In this document: one piece after another, positions 7,001 to 14,793 of the stretch
Layout of the letters: the number at the start of each line of letters is the position of its first letter
Position numbering within the stretch: position 1 is the stretch's first letter
IMG/VR virus record: IMGVR_UViG_3300020385_000010
DNA length: 20,000 nt
Origin: an uncultured virus (IMG/VR IMGVR_UViG_3300020385_000010)
Taxonomy: Duplodnaviria; Heunggongvirae; Uroviricota; Caudoviricetes
Strand: one strand, 5' to 3'
Translations under genes and position numbers: made by a program
Notes under the pieces: model-generated
Databases searched by the model: none
Seen by the model: only the letters and a program-made list of their open reading frames with translations
What the model was told of the DNA's origin: nothing

Positions 7001-9667
7001 TCAGGATACTCTATAGTAAGAGTTCATAGAGATGCTACAAATAGTACAGTTCAGTTTTCTGGAGCAATGAATCAAACAATGTATTATGCAAACAGTTCTG
7101 ATAATGGTATTAGAAAAAATAAAATATGTAATACAGGTTTTCCTCAAGTAAGTTTGGATTTTAATAGTACAAATGGAGAAGTTGGAGGGTCAGGTGAGTT
7201 AGGTGCTAATGCTACTTTAATAAACCCAAATTTACATACTATAGACACGCCAGAAGCTTTGTTTGGAACATTTGATTATAATTTTCAAAGCAATGACTAT
7301 GTAAAAGTTTGCGGTGTATTAAACGCTTTTTTAGGCGAAGACTCTCCTGTTTTACATACAGATAACAATGAATTAAATATATTAAGAGCAGACGACGAAA
7401 ACAAATATTATGGTGGTGGATATTTAACTACAGGTCTTGGTACAGAGCATGCATCAACTAGAAGTAATACATTTTACAGTAAATATTATATAGATGATAC
7501 TTTAAAATCAGGACTTAATTTAATTACTCCAAGCAGATATACTTTTGACGACTTAGGGTCAGGAACATTCGGTGTTTATCAAGAATTAACTTATGCATCA
7601 AAAGTAGGTCAAGGAGAAGAGGTAATTAGTTCTAAACTTGGTGATGCAAATATTAGTCATAATTATAGAAATGGTTGTGGTAATGTAAGCATGAGTAGAT
7701 TAAGACTTGGTTATGGTAATACTGATGGTACAACTAAATGGTATAATACTAGCCTAAATGGTTATAGACCTGGGGATTATGACCGCAATATGCTTAATAA
7801 TACTTCTGTATTAGCTGCAACTAGAGGAGGTTTAGATGGTATAGATACAAATGCTTACATATATGGTAAGCAAGAAATACAGCGTTCAGATTTAACTGGC
7901 AACCCAAAACTATTTGTAGCACAAAAATTATTATGTAAAGTTTATAGACGTTTTAGCTCAGCTACATTATACGGAGGCTCAAGTGAATCTTCTTATGAGA
8001 ATCAAAAATACAACGCTACAGGAACGTATAATTTTGATTTAGATACTTACGAAGCACAAAATGCAGCTAATAGTGGAAACTCTAGTACGGTATATTATCA
8101 CCCTGTTTTTGGTGGAGATACTTTTGTTACATTATTTGGGTTAAGTAAAAATGTTAATCCTAACATGGAAGAAAACAGAACATATGCTCATGGCGCTGCA
8201 ATAGTATTTCCTGTAGAAACAAGAATAAATACAGACCTTCGTTGGGGTGATTATTTTGGTGCTCCTAACGCTATTTCTTCTATGGATATAGAATACGAAG
8301 TTAAAGTAAGAGTTCCTAGTACAGAACCATCAACTCACTATGGAGGCGCTACTCAATATGAATATGTAACAGAAACAAGAACAAGAACTCAAACAGGTGG
8401 TTCTGCTTTAATGCTAGCTTTTCAAGACGAATATTTATATAACAATACTTATAATGTAAATAATTCGTTAAAGTCTTTTTCACAAAAACCATCTACATTT
8501 GTAGAGGTTAATGATTTTAAAAACGTTATTGCGGCTTCTAACCTAAAGTTAGCAGGTGATTTTATGGACGCATTTTCTAGGTTTGACGTTAACGAGTTCT
8601 TTGAAGTAGATATGGCTCAAGGTCCTGTATACAATTTGTTTAATTTTAAAAACGAATTATTTGTTATACAGAAAGACGCAGTAGGTTTGTTATCTGTTAA
8701 CCCTAGAGCTTTAATATCAGCAGAAGGTGCACCTATACAAGTTGCTACAGGAAGTGGAAATGTAATGCAAAGAATAGATTATTTAGATACAAAATACGGA
8801 AGTCAACATTACAATAATGGTGTAACAACAAATAAAGGTTTGTATTGGTTTGATGATAATCAATCAGCATTTTGCATGTTACAATACTCAGGAAAAGGGG
8901 CAGGTGTTACTGATATATTAGAAACTACACATAATAGCAATTTGTTATTCTCTTTAAGAAATTATCAAGTTAACGATAACCCTAAAGAAGTTTCTGAAAG
9001 ATTAATAGACCAAAGAGGTAAAACTTTTAGCAAGCGCTCAGCAAAAACTAACATTTCTAGTGTAGGTGGTGTACATTTATATTGGAATCAACTATACAAT
9101 GAAGTAGGTTTATGTATTACTGGTTTAAATACTGCTCCTAACTATATGCACATAGTTTATGACGAGTTGTTAGGAGTTATATCTTCTAAGCGCTCTTATA
9201 AAACAGTAGCAAGTTGTTCATATAATGGTAGATTGTATTCATTAGGTTATGAAGGTAATTCAGCTAATCTGTCAAAATACAATCTTTTCTTGCACGACGA
9301 AAGTAGTACATATAATAATTTTTATGATGTGCAATCAGGTTCTAATTTTAAAGTTAAATTTGTATGCAATGAAGATGTGTTTACTACTAAAGTATTTGAC
9401 AAATTAGTAATGTATTTGACAGGAAATCAAAATTCAGCAAAATTAACTAAATTTACATTCACAGATTCACTAGGTAATACAGAAACTTTAACTGACCTTA
9501 CACACGCTAAAATGAAGATGGGTAAACATATAATACCAATTAGGTCTAAAACTTCTTCTACAAGGTTAAAAGGAGACTTTATAACTATAGAGGCAGAGTG
9601 TAGTGGAACAACAGAAGAAATAGAAATATTTAGTGCCTTAACTCACTTTAGAAAAATGCAATTATAA
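4064..9667 (+). CDS. Tail stabilization/muzzle protein (P22 gp10-like) with large insertions
   Basis: 1867 aa. Recognisable motifs: NTF.KGM.SD.D......NY..A.N.RI, IYWTDG.NPLR.LN, G.Y.Y.YRL, KDNRLF.GN, GY.RGEIYRFGI.FY, IGDIRMP, FGGDTF, YGSQH, GLYW.D, TKVFD, RL.G. Confidence 0.8.
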   Translation: MAQKKPNTFMKGMASDLDAHAIPSENYQEAVNARIVSRSDNLFSLKNIPGMKEMPPIGVGGFKIKQKNGFLKGVGNSTTDAFLYQAPRHIKKFNVTITYVGGTTATGSYEWSAYKTSNSIIRATQKGHKDVNKTNYTNIEYTNNQYMGFLYQAITSVPDINTYYDISLKVPSSTYSSFEAEIWFTQKIGVKEISSISVAFDVGTTDPKNIVPNNSSYFKVNSTFGSGDSISDVLETTNGAAFTYDTNQDQFGYFGKCIIQDNKSFKVLDGAVHANPGFIANLNSVIYSVYIVCENWGTNDEIEVIIGDTTTIIGGTDVNGLGAALANATKIVTGTGSNASVPFEFKAKDGTLTVRHFSIKAAGGSYTLAEDTFWETETFTKTYTLIDMCEFSEYLCVLAHHKTNDDAVFKFEFDTTGSCTNIQPLIFGDFGFNAKTSIRLAKIEENDAYERIYWTDGVNPLRGLNILGDHEYYAKLAETGLNVIQTGNLQPPVVNSIIQGGALPCGSYSYCYRLMTGDGKMSTVSPISNPVSVYATNKSNQAHAIQGGDLDTISGKIISLGVSNIDTTFTRIQVIAIRFISQEGAAICSVIADEKVFGDTMEFFHTGNSPEIPLTLYEVLAQGKTWDSCKTLAIKDNRLFAGNLTNTSYDLGLTSTSFRVVSYRNAGVDGAYQTWDYAANGYDIPDSDELGKGLFAPDHYMLPDDATVSTNKYRYIKLYDGTGTTGQTNDSNSARVFGYETPNFGSKTTDIGVRVTFGMKEFTLDDDVNNYYRGQTENGKYATAPFYGPNSPNEDSLDGFYNNYKNPLFAQNYTGYMRGEIYRFGIQFYDKGGESTFVYPIGDIRMPDMSAEYRELRNDGEVYSALASVSLTSGVYNNTDATITHAGSTDIRVGMSVTSDKAGIPANSYVASITSNTVFELNAAAESSQTGCVLSLSTSGTTLDSDLPKTYLTCNDKGKGYILFPEFRVKLPNSIRSKISGYSIVRVHRDATNSTVQFSGAMNQTMYYANSSDNGIRKNKICNTGFPQVSLDFNSTNGEVGGSGELGANATLINPNLHTIDTPEALFGTFDYNFQSNDYVKVCGVLNAFLGEDSPVLHTDNNELNILRADDENKYYGGGYLTTGLGTEHASTRSNTFYSKYYIDDTLKSGLNLITPSRYTFDDLGSGTFGVYQELTYASKVGQGEEVISSKLGDANISHNYRNGCGNVSMSRLRLGYGNTDGTTKWYNTSLNGYRPGDYDRNMLNNTSVLAATRGGLDGIDTNAYIYGKQEIQRSDLTGNPKLFVAQKLLCKVYRRFSSATLYGGSSESSYENQKYNATGTYNFDLDTYEAQNAANSGNSSTVYYHPVFGGDTFVTLFGLSKNVNPNMEENRTYAHGAAIVFPVETRINTDLRWGDYFGAPNAISSMDIEYEVKVRVPSTEPSTHYGGATQYEYVTETRTRTQTGGSALMLAFQDEYLYNNTYNVNNSLKSFSQKPSTFVEVNDFKNVIAASNLKLAGDFMDAFSRFDVNEFFEVDMAQGPVYNLFNFKNELFVIQKDAVGLLSVNPRALISAEGAPIQVATGSGNVMQRIDYLDTKYGSQHYNNGVTTNKGLYWFDDNQSAFCMLQYSGKGAGVTDILETTHNSNLLFSLRNYQVNDNPKEVSERLIDQRGKTFSKRSAKTNISSVGGVHLYWNQLYNEVGLCITGLNTAPNYMHIVYDELLGVISSKRSYKTVASCSYNGRLYSLGYEGNSANLSKYNLFLHDESSTYNNFYDVQSGSNFKVKFVCNEDVFTTKVFDKLVMYLTGNQNSAKLTKFTFTDSLGNTETLTDLTHAKMKMGKHIIPIRSKTSSTRLKGDFITIEAECSGTTEEIEIFSALTHFRKMQL
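6665..6875 (+). repeat. Copy 2 of the shared module, inside the muzzle-like protein
   Basis: SVSLTSGVYNNTDATITHAGSTDIRVGMSVTSDKAGIPANSYVASITSNTVFELNAAA, compared with TITGATYNNQTAITHSSNSAVELGMSVTGDGIPEGARVASITSNTAFVLSAAT in paralog B. Confidence 0.85.
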
Positions 9668-10713
9668 TGCCTATACCAAATAAAATAACAAGCCCTGTTG
9701 CTAAAACTTTTATGAACCCTAAAAGTATTCCATTAGAATTTCAAAGACCTATATTGTCTTTAGATGCTTTTAACAACGTTTATACAGGTAGAGCAAATGT
9801 GGGTGCTAAATATAATGTAAACCCTAATCTTCAGTTGAGTGCAGGAGTTTCTATGCACACACCTACATATCAAAAAAATTTAACAACAATTCCAGGGCAA
9901 GAAAAGTTTGGTATTTCTCAATTCAACACAGGATTAAAATACACTTTTGATAAAGGTGGCTATGTTAAAAAGTATTATAATGGTGGTGATGTCGGCATAG
10001 ATTTAAGTCAATATAATAGCGCTTCTTCAGGAAGTTATTCTTGGGACGCTCCTGCTGCTGATTTTGTAACAGCTGACGCAGGAAATACAGGTGGAGGTGG
10101 CCCTAACATGGGTAATGTAAGTTCAGGATTAAGCGCAGTATCTTCAATAGCATCAGCACTTGATAATGACCCAAATAGTTTTGGTGCTGCAGATACTATA
10201 GGGACTGTAGCACAATTTGCTTCTATGGGAGCTGCAGCAGGCCCTATTGGAGCTGGTGTTGGTGCTCTCGTAGGTGGTGTAGTAAGTATTTTTAAGAAAA
10301 GACAGCAAGATAAAGCTAACGCTAAAGCTGAGAGAGAAAGAAAAAAGAAAATAAGAGTTGCTGAAAAGAAAGAACATTTATCATCAATACAAGATGATAG
10401 AATGGCTGAAGCAGAGTCTTCTGCTAAAGCACAAGGTGAATTGCTAGCTACAGCTAAAAGCTTATCATCTACTAGTGCAGGAAAATACTTTTACAACAAA
10501 GGTGGTATGACGCAAGGTGCTTACAACCACTCTACTAACCCATTAACTGTTGTAGATAAATATGGTAACAATACAGGTATGGAGTTAACAGGTGGTGAAG
10601 GAGTATTTGATAAACCTGCAATGAATAGAATTAAAGCATTTGCTAAAGGAGGAAACTTTCAGCAATTAGGTCAATTCGTAAGCAACGAAATGCAAACTTG
10701 GAAACATAAATAG
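9667..10713 (+). CDS. Putative ejection/cargo protein with a glycine-zipper hydrophobic segment
   Basis: 348 aa. GAAAGPIGAGVGALVGGVVSIF is followed by a basic/charged coiled coil. Four [FY]xxGG motifs are present. TAATG overlap with the muzzle-like gene. Confidence 0.6.
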   Translation: MPIPNKITSPVAKTFMNPKSIPLEFQRPILSLDAFNNVYTGRANVGAKYNVNPNLQLSAGVSMHTPTYQKNLTTIPGQEKFGISQFNTGLKYTFDKGGYVKKYYNGGDVGIDLSQYNSASSGSYSWDAPAADFVTADAGNTGGGGPNMGNVSSGLSAVSSIASALDNDPNSFGAADTIGTVAQFASMGAAAGPIGAGVGALVGGVVSIFKKRQQDKANAKAERERKKKIRVAEKKEHLSSIQDDRMAEAESSAKAQGELLATAKSLSSTSAGKYFYNKGGMTQGAYNHSTNPLTVVDKYGNNTGMELTGGEGVFDKPAMNRIKAFAKGGNFQQLGQFVSNEMQTWKHK

Positions 10714-10715
10714 TT

Positions 10716-13004
10716 ATGGGTAATTGGAATAGCGCTTACGCCTTGAGCGCAAAAAATGAAGGCAATATTTCTACAGACAAAAATGATACTGGAAACATCT
10801 TTAATCTAGGCGGTACAGAGATGTTTGTAGGAACAAGATATGGTCAGACATTTGAAAACTGGATAGCATATAAGAAAAAGAAAAAACCAACTACTAAAAC
10901 AGAATTTGAGTCACTAAAAAAAGAGTTTGGAAAGGTTTCTAAAGAAGATGTAAAGGCATCTTTTAAAGCGCAGTATTGGGATAAATATAATTTAGACAAA
11001 ATAACAGATGATAAAGTTGCTTCTAACATATACGATGCAATGATTAATCAATCTTATACTTTAGGAGGCTCAGGAAGTCATAAAACTTTATCTGATGTAT
11101 TAAATAGTTTAGGTTATGAAACGGATGCTAAAACAAGTTTTGATACAAACCAAAAAGCATTAGATGCTATAAATAAAGCAATTGCAGAAAAAGGTGGAGA
11201 AGCTGTTAATACCGCATATAGCAATAGGAGAGAAGAATCTTATATGGGTTCAAAAACAGTTGATGAGCATGGAAAAGGTTGGTTAAAAAGACTTAATGAA
11301 TATAGGAACGAAGAAAACCAATATTCACAAAACGAATTAAATGAAATGTCATTTACTAACGATTCGACTAGTAATATGGCTGTTCTTGATGAAATAAGAA
11401 ACCAAAATATTAATGTAGATGAAGGTACTGTAGATAAAGGCTCTGAAATTAAAAATAAAGATAACCTTGATTACTTAAAAAGAAGAGCGTCTGAAGGTGG
11501 TTATGAATTGTCCGATGAGGATAATAAAAAAATTACAGATTTAGCTGAAGAACAAAGAGTTCAATGGTCAAAACTAGGTAAGCCTGGTTTAATGGATTTA
11601 GCGGCAAATGCATTTGGAGTAGGACCAAAAAAATTAGGTGTAGACGATGATATGTCAAATGCTGTAATGAGACAGCAGGTTATTGAATCGCTTAGTTCAG
11701 ATATTAACGTTAATACACCAGAAGGTAAAAAACAACTAAGACAAAGATTAAAATCTTATACAGATTTAATTGGTTCTGATGAATACAAAGACAAAGTAGC
11801 AAGTTTATCAGGTGGTGTTAGAGATTCTTCATATGAAAACATGATTGAAGATATATCTGCTGATTATAGATTGTTTATTAATGATGCTAATGAACAGCTA
11901 GGCTTAGAAGGTAGTGATGCAATAGGATACGAAATTAAAAGTGAAGAGCATCTTGATAAATCTTTTGATGAAGAAGGTGTTATATCAGATAACAAAGCAA
12001 TATTGCAACAAGAAATAGATGCAGGAAATCAAGAAATAATAGATGATGTAGCTAAAAATGGTATGGATGCGGTAGCTGCAGATTTAGCAGGCGCACAAGC
12101 TGATGCTGCATCAAGAGGTGAAGAGGCTGACGCTGCAACTCTTTTAGCTTTAAAAAAGAAAGAAGATGAAATGTCTGCTCTTTCTAAATCTTTAACAGAA
12201 GGAGTTAAAGCAGGTGAGGCTATAGAATTTGATGAAGAAATAGAAGAAGAAGATGATATTAGCGCTCTTTTAGAAGAAGGAAAAAAAGATAAAGGAAAAG
12301 AAAAAACACCGCTTACTGACGAACAAAAAGCAGTAAGAAATAAAAAGTGGATGCAAGCAGGTCAGGCAGGTTTAGGTATACTAAAAGCTGCTGCAGGTAT
12401 TAAATCTTTATCTAAAGCTTTACAAGAACATAAGGTAGATGTTCCTGAGTTATCTCCTTTACTAACAGAAGCTGTTAATAAACAAAGAGAGCTTTCTAAA
12501 GCAGGGTTTACTGCGCAAGAAAAAGCCTCTGCTATGACTAATATTAACAACGCCTATGCTAGTGCAATGAAGAATGTACTTCGTGCATCAGGAGGGCAGA
12601 GAGGTGCTTTTTTAGCTAATCAAGGTGTGGTAGATGCAAATAGAGTTGGAGCATTAGTAGACTTAGCAGCTAAAGACGCAGCAGTAAGAAGACAAAATAT
12701 ACAAGGATTTAATCAGTTAGCTTCATCTGTAGGTCAAATGCAGTTAAATAGAGATATGACTGTAGAGCAAATGAAACAGCAAACAGTAAATCAAAATAAA
12801 CAACTATTAAGTGGTATAGGAACTAATTTATTGTCAGGAGCTTTAGATGAAGCATCTTATTATTTAAACCCTAATAGAAAGGCTATGGATGAAATGACAA
12901 GTAATATACTACAAAGCTTAGGTGGGGGTAATAGTGGATATGACCCTGCTGCAAGCTCACAAGCAAATATAACAGCAGCATCACAACAAAACGCCGAAAA
13001 ATAA
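10716..13004 (+). CDS. Putative ejection/cargo protein with an N-terminal GH108-like muramidase and peptidoglycan-binding domain
   Basis: 762 aa. N-terminal NEGN.S.D.ND.GN...GT.YG.T, YWD...LD.I, D..IN and R...Y......KGWLKRL fit Glyco_hydro_108 plus PG_binding_3. An acidic helical middle and an Ala/Gln/Asn-rich C-terminus follow. Confidence 0.7.
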   Translation: MGNWNSAYALSAKNEGNISTDKNDTGNIFNLGGTEMFVGTRYGQTFENWIAYKKKKKPTTKTEFESLKKEFGKVSKEDVKASFKAQYWDKYNLDKITDDKVASNIYDAMINQSYTLGGSGSHKTLSDVLNSLGYETDAKTSFDTNQKALDAINKAIAEKGGEAVNTAYSNRREESYMGSKTVDEHGKGWLKRLNEYRNEENQYSQNELNEMSFTNDSTSNMAVLDEIRNQNINVDEGTVDKGSEIKNKDNLDYLKRRASEGGYELSDEDNKKITDLAEEQRVQWSKLGKPGLMDLAANAFGVGPKKLGVDDDMSNAVMRQQVIESLSSDINVNTPEGKKQLRQRLKSYTDLIGSDEYKDKVASLSGGVRDSSYENMIEDISADYRLFINDANEQLGLEGSDAIGYEIKSEEHLDKSFDEEGVISDNKAILQQEIDAGNQEIIDDVAKNGMDAVAADLAGAQADAASRGEEADAATLLALKKKEDEMSALSKSLTEGVKAGEAIEFDEEIEEEDDISALLEEGKKDKGKEKTPLTDEQKAVRNKKWMQAGQAGLGILKAAAGIKSLSKALQEHKVDVPELSPLLTEAVNKQRELSKAGFTAQEKASAMTNINNAYASAMKNVLRASGGQRGAFLANQGVVDANRVGALVDLAAKDAAVRRQNIQGFNQLASSVGQMQLNRDMTVEQMKQQTVNQNKQLLSGIGTNLLSGALDEASYYLNPNRKAMDEMTSNILQSLGGGNSGYDPAASSQANITAASQQNAEK

Positions 13005-14792
13005 ATGGATTATTCAAAAGTAAATACAGCTCTTTCTGGCTGGGTAGGTTCAGGAGAAAGAAATAGAAGACAACAGTCAGAGTTAGCTCAAGTTATGCAG
13101 TTAGCTCAAACGCAACAACTTATACAGGCTCAAAATGAAAAAGCCGAAGTAGAAATGGAAACTTACCTTAATGACATTAAGGCTAAGGCTAGTCAAGTTG
13201 CAATGCGAAATGAAGATGTAGATTTTGTACAATCTTTATATGACGAAAACAGAGATATATTTCTAGCTGAATTAGAAAAGCATGGTAACGACCCTGTTAG
13301 ATTTATGAACTCAGGAGGTAGAAGAGTGCTTAGAGATTTCTCTAAAAACGTTCTACATGGAGAGGAATCTAAAAGAATAAAAATGAATACATCAGAAATA
13401 CAGAAGTATTATGATGCAGAGTTAAGAGATAATGGTAAATATAGAAACACTATATCTCATTCATCAAGACAAGACTTGGTAGACTTTTTAAGTGGAGATA
13501 GAGATGTATTTAGATTTAAGTCTATCGTTCCGTTAGATTTAAGTTTATCTGAAGATGACTATGCTGGAGCTAATAGTAAAGCAGAAGCTATATTAGGCAA
13601 AGAAGGTAACTATATGTCTGCAGTTGCTAATTATAATATAGAGTATGATTTACCTGATGACTATAGACCTTCGCAAGAAGAATTAATTGGTTATGTAAAT
13701 AATTATTACCCACAAACAGGTGCAGGAAAAGACGCAGCTTTTGTAAGTGGAGGTTCTGAGCAGGGTGGCGTATCTGTATCTGTAGCAGGAGATATGCGTA
13801 ATCAATACAACTCTATTAAATCTAAACAAGTGTCTACTGCTAACATTGGTAAAGATGATGCACAATATCAAACATTCTTATCAGACTTTAACTTAGCTAA
13901 TATTAATTACAATGTTAGTCCTGAAAACACTGATGTAGTTGGTCATAGAGCTTTCCAAGGTAAAGAGTTAGATTTTGCAAAAGTATTTGTAGATGGTAGC
14001 TTGGACGAAGAAAAAGGTATTACTGAAATATCTAACTATCAAGTAAACAACTCAGACGGACAATGGTATGACGAGGACGGAATGATGATGTTATCTGGTA
14101 ATGAAATGCCTGATATGAACGTAGGTGGTGTTTTCTTAGCTTATAGAATACCTGACGGTAGAGATGAACAAGGAAGATTAAAAACCCGTCTTGTTAAGGC
14201 AGAAGACTTAGAAGAAGAACCACAAAACGCAGAACATGTGTTAGTTCAAGAGTTCGAGGATTGGGGATTGTTTAATAATGACCACTTCTATAAAGAACTT
14301 AAAATGCAAGGTCAAAGCGGTAAGATGTCGCAAATGAATGGTATCCTAGGTAAGGACGCTGAATACAAAAGAGTTCAGCAAACATCTCCTGAAGATGCGC
14401 CAGAGTATGATTCTAAGTTTGCATTAACTCCAAGTACATCAGCAGAAGATTTATCTACTCACGTACAAAGCTTAAACTTCCCGTTAAACGTATCTATGGG
14501 TAAATTAAATATCGAGAAACATAATATGAAAGCTCGAAGTATTTTATTAGCTTTGTCAATGGCTGGAAATCAAGACCATAAGTATGCTGTAGAAAGTATA
14601 TATAGAGATTACAACAGAGATACTAATCCTGAATTATATAAAGCTTTAAGGTCTGGAGATACTAATGTATTCTTTGATACTTTATTAAAAGACTATATGA
14701 AAAAAGGTGCTTCAGAGAAAGAAGCAAGACGGTATCTAACAGAGGTAGATAAGTTAAGAATAAAGATTTTACAAGCTCAAAACATAGAATAG
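13005..14792 (+). CDS. Hypothetical protein, probable internal virion/ejection protein
   Basis: 595 aa. Gln-rich helical N-terminus, acidic overall. Tightly abutted to both neighbours. No catalytic motif recognised. Confidence 0.55.
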   Translation: MDYSKVNTALSGWVGSGERNRRQQSELAQVMQLAQTQQLIQAQNEKAEVEMETYLNDIKAKASQVAMRNEDVDFVQSLYDENRDIFLAELEKHGNDPVRFMNSGGRRVLRDFSKNVLHGEESKRIKMNTSEIQKYYDAELRDNGKYRNTISHSSRQDLVDFLSGDRDVFRFKSIVPLDLSLSEDDYAGANSKAEAILGKEGNYMSAVANYNIEYDLPDDYRPSQEELIGYVNNYYPQTGAGKDAAFVSGGSEQGGVSVSVAGDMRNQYNSIKSKQVSTANIGKDDAQYQTFLSDFNLANINYNVSPENTDVVGHRAFQGKELDFAKVFVDGSLDEEKGITEISNYQVNNSDGQWYDEDGMMMLSGNEMPDMNVGGVFLAYRIPDGRDEQGRLKTRLVKAEDLEEEPQNAEHVLVQEFEDWGLFNNDHFYKELKMQGQSGKMSQMNGILGKDAEYKRVQQTSPEDAPEYDSKFALTPSTSAEDLSTHVQSLNFPLNVSMGKLNIEKHNMKARSILLALSMAGNQDHKYAVESIYRDYNRDTNPELYKALRSGDTNVFFDTLLKDYMKKGASEKEARRYLTEVDKLRIKILQAQNIE

Positions 14793-14793
14793 T

